Shown here: positions 30,958 to 40,410 of the stretch, piece by piece | How the letters are laid out: every line of letters starts with the position of its first letter | How positions within the stretch are numbered: the first letter of the stretch is position 1 | From: Myxococcota bacterium | GTDB lineage: Bacteria > Myxococcota_A > UBA796 > SXON01 | Assembly (NCBI GenBank): GCA_040386535.1 | Contig: JAZKFH010000038.1 | Span: 59,191-123,190, forward strand | DNA length: 64,000 bases | Direction of reading: 5' to 3' | The notes under the pieces: model-generated | What the model was told of the DNA's origin: nothing | The model's database searches: none | What the model saw: only the letters and a program-made list of their open reading frames with translations | Made by a program: the position numbers and the translations under genes

Positions 30958-32046
30958 TCACACCTTGCAACAGCGTTTACAGACCTCGAAGGGCGTCTTC
31001 CACTGCGCGAGCCGCTCCTGCTTCAGGCGTGGGTGGTTCCACACGGTGTCGAGGTCGTCGGTGAGGAGGTTGCCGACGGGCTCGGAGAAGAGATGGCCGC
31101 ACGGCACCACGCTCGCGTCGGGACGCAGGAACATGGTGTGCCACAACGTGTGGCAGCGCCGCTCGACGCCACCCCCGGCCGTGTACCAGGCGCGGCGCTC
31201 GGCCTCGTCGAGGCGCGGATGGAACGTGACGTAGCCGCGGTGGTCGATCTGGAGCGCGCGGGCCTCGGCGAGCGTGGGGCCGGGATCGAAGGCGGTGAGG
31301 CGCTCGTCGGGGAGCACGAGGTAGGTCACGTCGTGGGGCTCGTTCGCGCGCTCGGACTCGGTGAGGAAGGAGAGCCAGGTGAAGCGGACGGCGTCGACGC
31401 CGAGCTTCTTCGAGAGGTCGACCACGGGGCGGAGGGAGCGGGCGTTCTCCAGGGAGACCGCGCAGTTGACGATGACCCGCGTCTTGCGCGGATCGCGCTC
31501 GGTGAGGAAGTTGGAGAGCCCGCCGACCGTGCGTTGGAAGGCGCCGACGCGGCCCATGGCGGCGTCGTGACCCGCCTCGTCACCGAGCAGGCTGAACATG
31601 ACGACGTCCGGCGCGATGGCAGCGAGCTTCTTCGCCTTGCCGGGGCCGAGCGTGGTGCCGCTGGTGACGGTGAAGATGCGCCCGCCGCGCGCCTTGACGC
31701 GCGCGTAGTAGTCGAGAATGCCGGGGTGCGCGAGCGGCTCGCCGCCGCCGATGGCGAGCGTGGGGATGGCGGGCACGAGCTTGTCGATGAGCTTGATCTG
31801 GTCGGCGGGCGAGAGCGCCTGCGTCCAGTCCTCGACCACCTGCGTGACGTTGCAGAACGTACACGCCTCCGGACACTCGTAGGTGACGTAGTGGCACGCG
31901 GCCATCGGCAGCGGCGCGGTGCCGTCCCGCCGCACGTACCAGGACACGGGGAGCTGTACGCCGCGCGCGAGCTGCGGCAGGCTCCACAAGCCGCGCACCA
32001 CCCACGCGGTGCGCGCCTGGGAGCGGACCTCGGCCACGAGCGACAT
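30958..32046 (-). CDS. Radical SAM protein with SPASM/Twitch domain
   Basis: CPEACTFC and GGGEP; C-terminal C...VVPC...GNL...W...CKRC. Confidence 0.88.
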   Translation of the reverse strand: MSLVAEVRSQARTAWVVRGLWSLPQLARGVQLPVSWYVRRDGTAPLPMAACHYVTYECPEACTFCNVTQVVEDWTQALSPADQIKLIDKLVPAIPTLAIGGGEPLAHPGILDYYARVKARGGRIFTVTSGTTLGPGKAKKLAAIAPDVVMFSLLGDEAGHDAAMGRVGAFQRTVGGLSNFLTERDPRKTRVIVNCAVSLENARSLRPVVDLSKKLGVDAVRFTWLSFLTESERANEPHDVTYLVLPDERLTAFDPGPTLAEARALQIDHRGYVTFHPRLDEAERRAWYTAGGGVERRCHTLWHTMFLRPDASVVPCGHLFSEPVGNLLTDDLDTVWNHPRLKQERLAQWKTPFEVCKRCCKV

Positions 32047-32084
32047 GCCGCACGATAGCACCCGCCTGCGTTACCGAGGCGCGG

Positions 32085-32732
32085 ATGCCGCCCTTGCCGA
32101 AGGAGATCCGCGCCCGCCTCGCCTCGCGGGGCCCGCGGGACCACGTCCGGATGCTCCAGCGTTGGCACGGCACGCCGTTCGCCGCGGTGGAGGCCCACGT
32201 GCCGCGCGCGGGCACGATCGTGGACGCGGGGTGTGGCTTCGGGATGTTCGCGGCGGTGCTCGCGATCGGGGCGCCGGAGCGCCGCGTGGTGGGCCTCGAT
32301 CTGGACGGCGCTAAGATCGCGCGGGCGCGGGAGTTGTTCGGCACGTTCGGCACGTTCGTGGAGGGAGACCTCGCGGATGCCGCGCTCCCGCCGTGCCGAG
32401 CGGTCGTGCTCTACGACGTGTTGCACCACCTCCGCGACCCCGTGGTGGAGCGGGTGCTCGCCGCCGCGTACGATCGCGTGGAGCCCGGGGGCACGCTCGT
32501 GGTCAAGGAGAACGACGTGGCGCCGCTGTGGAAGCGCGGGATCTCCGAGCTGGTGGAGGCCGTGGCGGTTGGGTCCGGCCTGACGCGGAGTGACCCGTGG
32601 CGGTTCCGGAGCCGCGATGCATGGGTGCGGGTGATCGAGGCGGCGGGGTTCCGCGTCACCCTCGCGACGGCGCTCGCATCGCCCGGGTACGGCCGCCTCC
32701 TGCCGCACTCGTTGTTCGTGGCGTCACGATGA
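32085..32732 (+). CDS. Class I SAM-dependent methyltransferase
   Basis: VDAGCGFG, GLDLD, DVLHHL and PGGTLV motifs. Confidence 0.88.
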   Translation: MPPLPKEIRARLASRGPRDHVRMLQRWHGTPFAAVEAHVPRAGTIVDAGCGFGMFAAVLAIGAPERRVVGLDLDGAKIARARELFGTFGTFVEGDLADAALPPCRAVVLYDVLHHLRDPVVERVLAAAYDRVEPGGTLVVKENDVAPLWKRGISELVEAVAVGSGLTRSDPWRFRSRDAWVRVIEAAGFRVTLATALASPGYGRLLPHSLFVASR

Positions 32733-32756
32733 CGGCGTCGTGATGACGGCCTCGCG

Positions 32757-34334
32757 ATGAAGCTGCTGCGCGTGTGGGTGCTCGTGCGGCTCCTGGTGCC
32801 GCTCCTGGTGCTGCTGATCGTCGTGGTCGTGGCGCCCGCGATGGTGGGCGGGATCGTCGGGGGCTGGCTGACGGGGCTCGACTACGCGCACGGCTTCGTG
32901 AAGTCCCTGCTCGTGGCGTGGCAGTCGATGCTCGTGCGCGAGGCGCGCCTGCTCGCGCTCGTGGCGCTCCTGATGGGCGGCGGCGCCGTGCTGGTGGGGC
33001 TGGAGCGGCGGCGCTGGGCCGTGGGCGCCGCGGGTACGCTGATCGTGGCGGTGGCGATCCTCCGGCCGCTCACGTGGTGGACGGTCCCGCTGGCCGCGAC
33101 GCTCTTCGCGCTGAACGTGGCGCCGGTGGCGCGCGTGACGCGGTGGGGGGCGCGGGGGCGGGTGTTGGCGTGGATCCCGGGCACGGAGCTGGTGGCGCCG
33201 GGGCTCGTGGCGGCTGCGGTCGGCGCGGGGCCGCGGCTGTTGACGGTGGCGGGGGCGCTCGGCGGGCTCGTCGTGGCGGGCCTGTGGGTGGGCGTGGACA
33301 CGGCGGCGAACTTCTGGGCGTACGAGCGCTACGTGTTCGCGCCGTGGCCCGACGATCGGGTGGATCCGCGCGTCACGACGATCGCGCGGGCGCCGGCCGG
33401 GGTGAAATGTGACTTTCACGACATCGACATCGTGGGGGACCGCGCGGTGGTGGTGGCGGAGACGACGCTCCAGCTGCTGTCGGTGCCATTGAGCGGGGGC
33501 GGCGCGCCGGCGACGTGGCCGCTGACGCCGTGGTGGGGCGCGATGGAGGGGCTCGCGATGGACAGCGAGACCGATCCCGCGACGGGCGACACGTGGTTCC
33601 TCTCGGGGCCGGACACGGTGACGGGGGTGGCGTACGTGCCGGACGGGGGAGCGGGAGCGTGGACCAAGGTCGCGCAGTCGCCCAGGTTGCCGGCGTACCT
33701 GCACCACACCTACATGCACTGGCTCGGCGAGCGCGACCTGCTCGTGCTCTTCAGCATCGGCACCGCCAATACGCGCGAGGACAGCTGGATGATCGAGCTG
33801 GACACGCCGGGGCTGCGCACGCCGACGCCGCGGCGCCTCCGCCTCGCCGACGGGACGCGGCCGCCGATCTTCCGCGACATCGCGTGGGTGGCGAGCCAGG
33901 GCAAGTTCGTGCTGGCGCCCGACTTCGGCGAGCGGCTGTACCTCGCGGAGCCGGGCAGCCCCGTCGTGACCCCGTGGATCACCCTGCCGACGCTCAACGG
34001 GCGCCTGACGTGGGTGCCGGGCCTCGACCGCCTCTTCGTGCCGCTCCCCAACAAGCCCGAGCTCTGGATCGTGGACCCCGCGACCGGCGGCATCGAGGTG
34101 TTTCCGACGCAACCGGGGGTGCGCACGGTGGCGGTGGACGTGGCGCGGGGGCTTGTGCTCACGGCGTCGGTGCTCACGGGGCGCGTGCTGGTGCAGCGGC
34201 TGGCGGACGGCTCGGTCGTGGACCGCTTCGGCACGCTCATGCCGATGGTGCGCACCCTGGCCCTCTCGTCAGAGGAGGGGGTCGCGCTGCTCTCGACGTG
34301 GACGGCGCTGTATCGGATCCCGTATGCGGAGTGA
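32757..34334 (+). CDS. Membrane protein with C-terminal beta-propeller-like domain
   Basis: Several N-terminal TM helices followed by a Trp/Pro-rich beta-repeat domain. Confidence 0.65.
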   Translation: MKLLRVWVLVRLLVPLLVLLIVVVVAPAMVGGIVGGWLTGLDYAHGFVKSLLVAWQSMLVREARLLALVALLMGGGAVLVGLERRRWAVGAAGTLIVAVAILRPLTWWTVPLAATLFALNVAPVARVTRWGARGRVLAWIPGTELVAPGLVAAAVGAGPRLLTVAGALGGLVVAGLWVGVDTAANFWAYERYVFAPWPDDRVDPRVTTIARAPAGVKCDFHDIDIVGDRAVVVAETTLQLLSVPLSGGGAPATWPLTPWWGAMEGLAMDSETDPATGDTWFLSGPDTVTGVAYVPDGGAGAWTKVAQSPRLPAYLHHTYMHWLGERDLLVLFSIGTANTREDSWMIELDTPGLRTPTPRRLRLADGTRPPIFRDIAWVASQGKFVLAPDFGERLYLAEPGSPVVTPWITLPTLNGRLTWVPGLDRLFVPLPNKPELWIVDPATGGIEVFPTQPGVRTVAVDVARGLVLTASVLTGRVLVQRLADGSVVDRFGTLMPMVRTLALSSEEGVALLSTWTALYRIPYAE

Positions 34335-34339
34335 ACGAA

Positions 34340-34490
34340 GGGGGTCTGACCTTACGACTTATCACCTGCGACAGGAGAACCTCCACAATGCGGGAGGGGG
34401 GTCTGACCTTACGACTTATCACCTGCGACAGGCGAACGCCGACAATTGCCGCGTTCGCCAAGTGATAAGTAATGAGGTCTGACCCCTCCC
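34340..34490. repeat. REP-like cluster: two identical 36-bp direct copies plus one inverted diverged copy
   Basis: GGGGGTCTGACCTTACGACTTATCACCTGCGACAGG at 34340-34375 and 34397-34432; inverted copy at 34462-34490. Confidence 0.85.
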
Positions 34491-35389
34491 GTCGGATTGT
34501 CGGGGCCGTTCGGGTGGCCGGGATGCTTCTCCTGGTGGGCTTCTTCGCGGCGCGCACCGACTGGGGCATCGTCGCCGCCGCGCTCACGGGACCGCGCGCG
34601 CCCGTGTGGCTCGCCGCCGCGCTCGGCGCCTACGCCGTGGGCCAGGTCGGCAACGGCCTCGCGTGGCGCGGCCTGCTCGCGACGACCGGCGTGCTCGTGC
34701 CCTTCGACGCCATGATCCGCCACGACCTCTCCAGCGTGTTCTGGTCGACCGTGCTCCCCGGCGGGGTCGCGGGCGAGGTCGTGAAGGGCGCGCGGCTCGC
34801 CCGCACCGTCGACGTCGGCGCCGTCACCGTCTCGCTCCTCACCGCCCGGCTCGTCGGCGGCACCGTCTCCTGCCTGCTCGCGCTCGCCGCGCTCCCCTGG
34901 TCCGGCATCGTCGGCCTGCCCCGCACCGTCGGCATCCTGGCGCTGCTCGGCACCACTGCCGTCGGCCTCGGCGGCCTCGCCGTTGTCCGCATCGGCCCGT
35001 CCGCGCTCGCCCGCGTCCCGTGGCTGGCCGCCCGCGTGCCGCTCGGCCCGTTCCCGCCCGTTCCCGCCGTGTTCGCCGCCGCCGCGCTCACGTTCGCCAC
35101 CCACGTCAGCTTCGCCGCCGTCTACAGCCTGTGTTTCGCCGCCGCGGGCCATCCCGTCTCGCTCGCGGACGGGGCGGTCATCTGCGCGCTCACGTCGGTT
35201 GCCCAGCTCGCGCCGGTCACGGTGGGCGGGTTCGGCGTGCGCGAGCTCACCATCGCGGGCCTGGGCGCCACGCTCGTGCCCGCCGCCGCCGCGGACGCCG
35301 CCGCCGTGGCGCTCACTGCCACGTTCACGGTGGTGGTGGCGCTCGGGGGGCTCGTGGAGCTGGGCCGGCTGCGCGCGGTGCCGACGTGA
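34472..35389 (+). CDS. Lysylphosphatidylglycerol synthase TM / flippase-like membrane protein (start may be ~34514-34523)
   Basis: LPGGVAGEVVK and PVTVGGFGVRE motifs; multi-TM. Confidence 0.85.
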   Translation: MRSDPSRRIVGAVRVAGMLLLVGFFAARTDWGIVAAALTGPRAPVWLAAALGAYAVGQVGNGLAWRGLLATTGVLVPFDAMIRHDLSSVFWSTVLPGGVAGEVVKGARLARTVDVGAVTVSLLTARLVGGTVSCLLALAALPWSGIVGLPRTVGILALLGTTAVGLGGLAVVRIGPSALARVPWLAARVPLGPFPPVPAVFAAAALTFATHVSFAAVYSLCFAAAGHPVSLADGAVICALTSVAQLAPVTVGGFGVRELTIAGLGATLVPAAAADAAAVALTATFTVVVALGGLVELGRLRAVPT

Positions 35390-35434
35390 GCGAATGTGCT
35401 TGACGCTCGGGCAATAGATCGGGACGATGGGCGC

Positions 35435-35761
35435 ATGCTCCACGTCTGCCCCGCCTGCAAATGCCACGTCCGCGCCACCGATGCCGCCTGCCCCCATTGT
35501 GGTGCGTCCACCGCGGTCGCGCGCTCGCCTTCGCGCCCCATCGCGTTGTCGCTGATCGGCCTCGCCCTGGGCGGCTGTGTCTCGATGTACGGGGTCATCG
35601 TCACGAAGGACGAGGGACTGGGCGACGAGGATGCGGACGCCGACGGCTGGCTCCTGTCCGAGGGCGACTGTGACGACGACGACGACACGATCCACCCCGA
35701 AGCCGAGGAGACCCCGGGCGACGGCGTGGACTCCAACTGTGACGAGGCGGACGACACGTAG
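35435..35761 (+). CDS. Small zinc-ribbon lipoprotein-like protein with MYG motif and acidic metal-binding repeat, candidate rSAM substrate
   Basis: CPACKCHV...CPHC, hydrophobic helix ending LALGGC, SMYGV, DCDDDDDTIHPEAEETPGDGVDSNCD; TTGACG-N17-GACGAT-N6-ATG upstream. Confidence 0.8.
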   Translation: MLHVCPACKCHVRATDAACPHCGASTAVARSPSRPIALSLIGLALGGCVSMYGVIVTKDEGLGDEDADADGWLLSEGDCDDDDDTIHPEAEETPGDGVDSNCDEADDT

Positions 35762-35776
35762 GCTGCCGGAGTCACC

Positions 35777-36994
35777 TCACTCCTCCGCCCACGCCTCCTC
35801 CACGATCTCGAACCGGCCGAAGTCGTAGGGCACCCCCTCCGGCTGAACCACGGACACGAGCCGCTCGCGCTTGCCTTGCTTTCGGAGCGTGTCCGCGCGG
35901 TAGTAGCAGAACGGGTTGTTGCCACGTTTGCCCAGCGTGCAATGGGAGGTGAACGAGCACCCGCCCTTGCAGATGTCAGCGTAGTAGCAGCCCTTGCAGA
36001 AGCCCCACAAGTCTTCGGTGCCACGTTCGCGGGTGAAGGCGAGCTCGGGCGCTGTTGCCCAGATCTGCTCCAGGGACACGTCCCGCACGTTGCCGCCCGT
36101 GTACGGCGCGGTGGGGAGCGAGGGGCAGCCCTTCACGACGCCGTCGGATTCGATGCCCAGCACGTGTTTGCCGGCGTTGCAGCCGGTCCACCACGACTCC
36201 GTGCCGCCGGGGCTGCTCCGGAGGAGCTGCTCGTGCGGGCCGTAGTAGCCCACGTTGTTTCCGGCGATGACATAAAAGGCCCGGCTCGGCGGGATGCCAT
36301 TCTTGCGCGCGAATTGGATCGACTCGGTCTGGAGCACCGCGAGGGTGTCGATCACCTCGAGGATTTGCCAGGGCGCGAGGATCCATTCGGGGTGGTCGGC
36401 CGCGCGGCCCATCGGCACGGTGAGCTGGGCGCGCCACGCGCGGGTGCCGGTGGCGCGCAGCAGCTCGCAGGTCTCGCGCAGGTGGTCCTTGTTGAGGCGG
36501 TTCACCTGGGTGTTCACCGTGGTGATCATCCCGAGCGCGTGGGCCGCGTCGAGCGCGCGGAGGGCGGCGGCGTGGCTGCCGGGCCGGGCACGGAGCAGAT
36601 CGTGGATGGCGGCCGGCCCGTCGACCGACACGCCGATGGCGGCGAGCCCCGCCTCCTTGAAACGGCGCGCACGCTCGGGGGTGAAAGCCATGCCGCCCGT
36701 CTGCATCGTGACGCGCACGCCCGCGCCGTGCAGGTACGCCACGATCTCGTAGACATCGGGCCGCAGGTAGGCCTCGCCCCCGATGATCGTGACCTCGCGC
36801 GTGCCGAGCTTCACGATGGACGCGGCCACGTCGAGCAGCTCGGCGGTGGTGAGCTCGTCCGACCGCGCGGCGCCGGCCCGTGATCCGCAGTGGGCGCAGG
36901 CGTGGTCGCACCGGAGCGTCAGCTCCCACACCGTGTAGATCGGGCGCGCCTGGTCGAAGTCTTCGGGCCGGAGCGTGCGGACGGGCGTCTTCAT
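35777..36994 (-). CDS. Radical SAM/SPASM peptide maturase, PlpX/splicease-like
   Basis: VWELTLRCDHACAHCGSRAG, QLTVPMGRAAD, GNNVGYYGP, GIESDGVVKGCPSLP, LWGFC and GNNPFC motifs. Confidence 0.88.
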   Translation of the reverse strand: MKTPVRTLRPEDFDQARPIYTVWELTLRCDHACAHCGSRAGAARSDELTTAELLDVAASIVKLGTREVTIIGGEAYLRPDVYEIVAYLHGAGVRVTMQTGGMAFTPERARRFKEAGLAAIGVSVDGPAAIHDLLRARPGSHAAALRALDAAHALGMITTVNTQVNRLNKDHLRETCELLRATGTRAWRAQLTVPMGRAADHPEWILAPWQILEVIDTLAVLQTESIQFARKNGIPPSRAFYVIAGNNVGYYGPHEQLLRSSPGGTESWWTGCNAGKHVLGIESDGVVKGCPSLPTAPYTGGNVRDVSLEQIWATAPELAFTRERGTEDLWGFCKGCYYADICKGGCSFTSHCTLGKRGNNPFCYYRADTLRKQGKRERLVSVVQPEGVPYDFGRFEIVEEAWAEE

Positions 36995-37017
36995 GCCACC
37001 ATGGTAGCCGACGAAGC

Positions 37018-38175
37018 TCAAGGCTTGAGCACCACCTTCACGCAGTCCTCCAACTTGTCGTTGAAGATGCGGTAGGCGCGCGGCGCGTCCTCGAGCGGCA
37101 GGATGTGGGAGGGGATGTCGTGCGCCACGAGCCGCTCCTCGGTGAGCAGGGCGAGGATCGCGTCCATGCTCGACTGGGGATCGGACTGGCCGCCGTGCAC
37201 GGTGAGCCCCTTGTCGAAGGGGCGGTGGAGCGGGAAGTTGTCGTAGGTGGAGCCGTACACGCCGAGCACGCTCACGCGCCCGCAGCGGCGCACCGCGCGC
37301 ATGCACCCGTCGAGAGCGGAGATGCTGCCGGCCTGTCCGTGCATCACGTTCGCCACCTTCTCCAGCGGGCTCCGACGCACCTCCATGCCCACCGCGTCGA
37401 TACACACGTCGGGCCCGCGCCCGTCCGTCATCGCGCGGAGCACGCCGACCGGCTCGTCCTTCGACGCGTCGATGGTCTCGCCGCGCGTGACCTGGCGCGC
37501 CTTCTCCAGGCGGTACGGCAGGATGTCCACGAGGATCACGCGCTCCGCGCCGCGCAGCCACGCGATCTTGGCGGTGGCGAGCCCCACCGGCCCCGCGCCG
37601 AAGATCGCCACCGTCTCCCCGGCCGCGAGCCCCGACCACTCGATGCCCGCCCAGCCGGTCGGGAGGATGTCACTGGCAAAAAGCACGTGCTCGTCAGGGA
37701 TGTCGTCGGGCACGCGCCGCACGGTGGCGTCGATCCAGGGCACCCGCGCGGCCTCGGCCTGCCCGCCGTCGTGGCCCCCGTACAGGTCGGTGTAACCAAA
37801 CAACCCGCCCCCCTTGCCGGCGAGCAGCGCGCCCTCGGGCCCGTAGTTCTTCGGGTTGGATCGCTCGCAGTGCGAGGGGTGCGCGTGCATGCAGAACCAG
37901 CACGACCCGCACGTCACGGAGAAGCCGACCACGACGCGGTCACCGGCCTTGACCCGGTGCACGTCGGTCCCGACGGCCTCGACCACCCCCATGAACTCGT
38001 GGCCGAGCACCATCGGCCGCGGTTGGGGCAGAAACCCATTGTAGATGTGCAGGTCGCTGCCACAGATCGCGGTCGACGTGATCCGCACGATTCCATCCGT
38101 CGGGCTCTCGATCGTCGGGTCGGGCACCTGCTCCACCCGCACGTCCTTGGGCTTGTGGAAGACGACGGCTTTCAT
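37018..38175 (-). CDS. Zinc-dependent alcohol/formaldehyde dehydrogenase-like (MDR family)
   Basis: ICGSDLH, GHEFMG, CGSCWFC, GAGPVG and CIDAVG motifs. Confidence 0.9.
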   Translation of the reverse strand: MKAVVFHKPKDVRVEQVPDPTIESPTDGIVRITSTAICGSDLHIYNGFLPQPRPMVLGHEFMGVVEAVGTDVHRVKAGDRVVVGFSVTCGSCWFCMHAHPSHCERSNPKNYGPEGALLAGKGGGLFGYTDLYGGHDGGQAEAARVPWIDATVRRVPDDIPDEHVLFASDILPTGWAGIEWSGLAAGETVAIFGAGPVGLATAKIAWLRGAERVILVDILPYRLEKARQVTRGETIDASKDEPVGVLRAMTDGRGPDVCIDAVGMEVRRSPLEKVANVMHGQAGSISALDGCMRAVRRCGRVSVLGVYGSTYDNFPLHRPFDKGLTVHGGQSDPQSSMDAILALLTEERLVAHDIPSHILPLEDAPRAYRIFNDKLEDCVKVVLKP

Positions 38176-38302
38176 GGCGTTCACCCCAACGATCAGGGTA
38201 GGGCGGTGGGCGGGTCGGGCAAGGGTGGATGTAGCGCGGCGCGGTCCGGTTGCGGAGACGGCGGGCTCGCCATACACGCGAGCCATCCACCCGAGTTGGC
38301 GA

Positions 38303-39310
38303 ATGCACGTCCCGGACATCCAAGAGTTTTCCCTCCACTGGCCGGGGCCCCAGACCGGCTCGACCCACGAGCTGGTCATCAGCCCGCGGTTCATCTACGT
38401 CACCGGGCAGAAGATGGACCGGGTGGCGAAGCTCGACCATCAGGGCAAGCTGCTCGATCACTACATCATGCCGGCGGGGAGCGGTCCGCACGGCCTGTTG
38501 TTGGACAAGGAAGGCCGGCTCTGGGTGTCACTGGAGTTCCACGGGAAGGTGGTCCGGTTGGATGACGTCGGACGGATCGCCCAGGAGGTCGACGTCCACA
38601 TTCATGTCAAGGGTGCGAGCCGCCCGATCAATCCGGCGCCGCACGGCATCACCCTGGATGCGGACGGCGAATCCATCTGGTTCACGGGAAAGCGGACCAG
38701 CACGATCGGCAAGATTCAGCCAGGCGGCTCGGTCGTCCATTTCCAACTCGAGACGCTCGCCGCGCTGCCGATCTTCCTCTCCGCCGGCCCCGACGGCGGC
38801 ATCTGGGGCACGGAGCTGCTCGGAAGCTCCATCCTCCACATCTTGCCGTGGGGCGAGGTGCAGGAGTTTCCGACCCCTACCATGAACAGCAGGCCGATCG
38901 CCGTGATCCCCGATCCGGCGGGGAAGTACATGTGGTTCACGGAGGAGGCGGGCGTCAAGGTGGGCCGGGTCGACATGGCGGGGAACATCACGGAGTTCCC
39001 CGTTCCCGCGCTCCAGAAGAACGACATCCTCGGATCGCTGACGTTCGATGGGGCTGGCAACCTGTGGGTGCAGGTCTATGCGGACTGTAACAGCCGCGAG
39101 CCCCACGGAGAGGGCTACCTCGTCCGGTTCGACCGCTCCATCCATGACGTGGCCGGCTCCGATTCGCCTGGTGTTCCGTACCGGGTCTTCCCGGTTCCGA
39201 GCGGCGAGAAGTCCATGATGCACCGCATCAAGACAGATGGAGAGGGCAACCTCTGGTACACGGAGATGATGACGGATCGGCTCGGGAAGGTCAGCCTCAC
39301 CGGCGGTTGA
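38303..39310 (+). CDS. Virginiamycin B lyase (Vgb)-like beta-propeller
   Basis: Repeated PHG/WFT/GPDGGIW blades; no signal peptide. Confidence 0.75.
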   Translation: MHVPDIQEFSLHWPGPQTGSTHELVISPRFIYVTGQKMDRVAKLDHQGKLLDHYIMPAGSGPHGLLLDKEGRLWVSLEFHGKVVRLDDVGRIAQEVDVHIHVKGASRPINPAPHGITLDADGESIWFTGKRTSTIGKIQPGGSVVHFQLETLAALPIFLSAGPDGGIWGTELLGSSILHILPWGEVQEFPTPTMNSRPIAVIPDPAGKYMWFTEEAGVKVGRVDMAGNITEFPVPALQKNDILGSLTFDGAGNLWVQVYADCNSREPHGEGYLVRFDRSIHDVAGSDSPGVPYRVFPVPSGEKSMMHRIKTDGEGNLWYTEMMTDRLGKVSLTGG

Positions 39311-39343
39311 CCGAGCCGCGAGGCGCCGGGGTTACACTCCCCC

Positions 39344-39814
39344 ATGACCTGGTGGACCCCCCTCGACTCCGCGGTCGGCCCGCTCGTGGCGGTGGCCGAC
39401 ACCAACGGCGCGCTCACCCACCTCGCGTTCGCGCCCTGGGCGCCGCCCGCCGAGGCGCGTCTGGACGTGGCTCCCTTTGCCGCGCTCGTCACCTGGCTCG
39501 AAGCGTACGCGGCGCGTGTAGACCCTTCCGTCGACGTCCCGATGGCGCCGGCGGGCACGGCGTTCCAGCGCCGCGTGTGGGCGGCCCTGCGCGCCATCCC
39601 GTTCGGGCGCACCACCTCCTACGGCGCCCTGGCCCTCACGCTCGGCGGGCCCACGCTCACGCGCGCCGTGGGCGGCGCCAACGGGGCGAACCCAATCGCG
39701 ATCGTGGTGCCCTGCCACCGGGTCATCGGCGCGGACGGGGGGCTCGTGGGGTACGCGGGCGGGATGTCGAACAAACGGGCATTGTTGCGCCACGAGGGCG
39801 TGTTGTTGATCTGA
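39344..39814 (+). CDS. ogt: Methylated-DNA-protein-cysteine methyltransferase
   Basis: [20 protein letters not shown] and PCHRV active site. Confidence 0.93.
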   Translation: MTWWTPLDSAVGPLVAVADTNGALTHLAFAPWAPPAEARLDVAPFAALVTWLEAYAARVDPSVDVPMAPAGTAFQRRVWAALRAIPFGRTTSYGALALTLGGPTLTRAVGGANGANPIAIVVPCHRVIGADGGLVGYAGGMSNKRALLRHEGVLLI

Positions 39815-39932
39815 GGGGGCCGGGCTCGGGCGTTGCTCCGCGTCGTCGTCTTCCACCTCTACTTCTGACCCGCGGTGGCGGCTTGCCCCGCCGCGCGTCG
39901 ACCCATAGGTGCCTCTCCACAGGGAAACACCC

Positions 39933-40367
39933 ATGATCTCGCAGATCCTCGTCGCGATCGACGGTTCGGAGCACGCCCAGCGCGCGGCGTACTACGCGCG
40001 TGACCTCGCCCGGCAGACCAATGCCACGCTGACCATGCTGGTGGCGGTCACGCCCCCTTCGGCGGTCACCATCCCGCCGTTCGACGCGGTGTCGATCACC
40101 GAGTCGAACCCGAACCCCGAACACCTCGCGGCCGCGCAGGTGCTGATGGACGAGATCATCGCCGACCTCGGGCATGGGCGCGCCATCCCCCAGGTGACCG
40201 TGGGCCCGGTGCCCGCTGAGATCATCGTGAGTGAGGCGGCGCGTCTCGGCGTCGATCTCGTCGTCGTCGGCGCGCGGGGCGTGGGCGCGGCCGAGCGTTT
40301 CCTGCTCGGCTCCGTGAGCGATCGCGTGGTGCGCGAGGCGAACCGGCCCGTGCTCGTGATTCACTGA
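39933..40367 (+). CDS. Universal stress protein
   Basis: ILVAIDGS, DLVVVGARG and LLGSVSDRVV...PVLV motifs. Confidence 0.92.
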   Translation: MISQILVAIDGSEHAQRAAYYARDLARQTNATLTMLVAVTPPSAVTIPPFDAVSITESNPNPEHLAAAQVLMDEIIADLGHGRAIPQVTVGPVPAEIIVSEAARLGVDLVVVGARGVGAAERFLLGSVSDRVVREANRPVLVIH

Positions 40368-40410
40368 CATTTTCCGTCACGGCATGCGCGAACTCGGCGT
40401 ATCCTCGGGC

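Noticed and set aside
34340..34432. 36-bp direct repeats as a mini CRISPR array
   Set aside because: Only two direct copies with a 21-bp spacer, a third copy is inverted, and no cas genes are in the window; fits a REP-like element better.
38303..39310. Bona fide streptogramin B resistance gene
   Set aside because: Only fold-level resemblance to Vgb; catalytic residues and specificity cannot be verified by eye.
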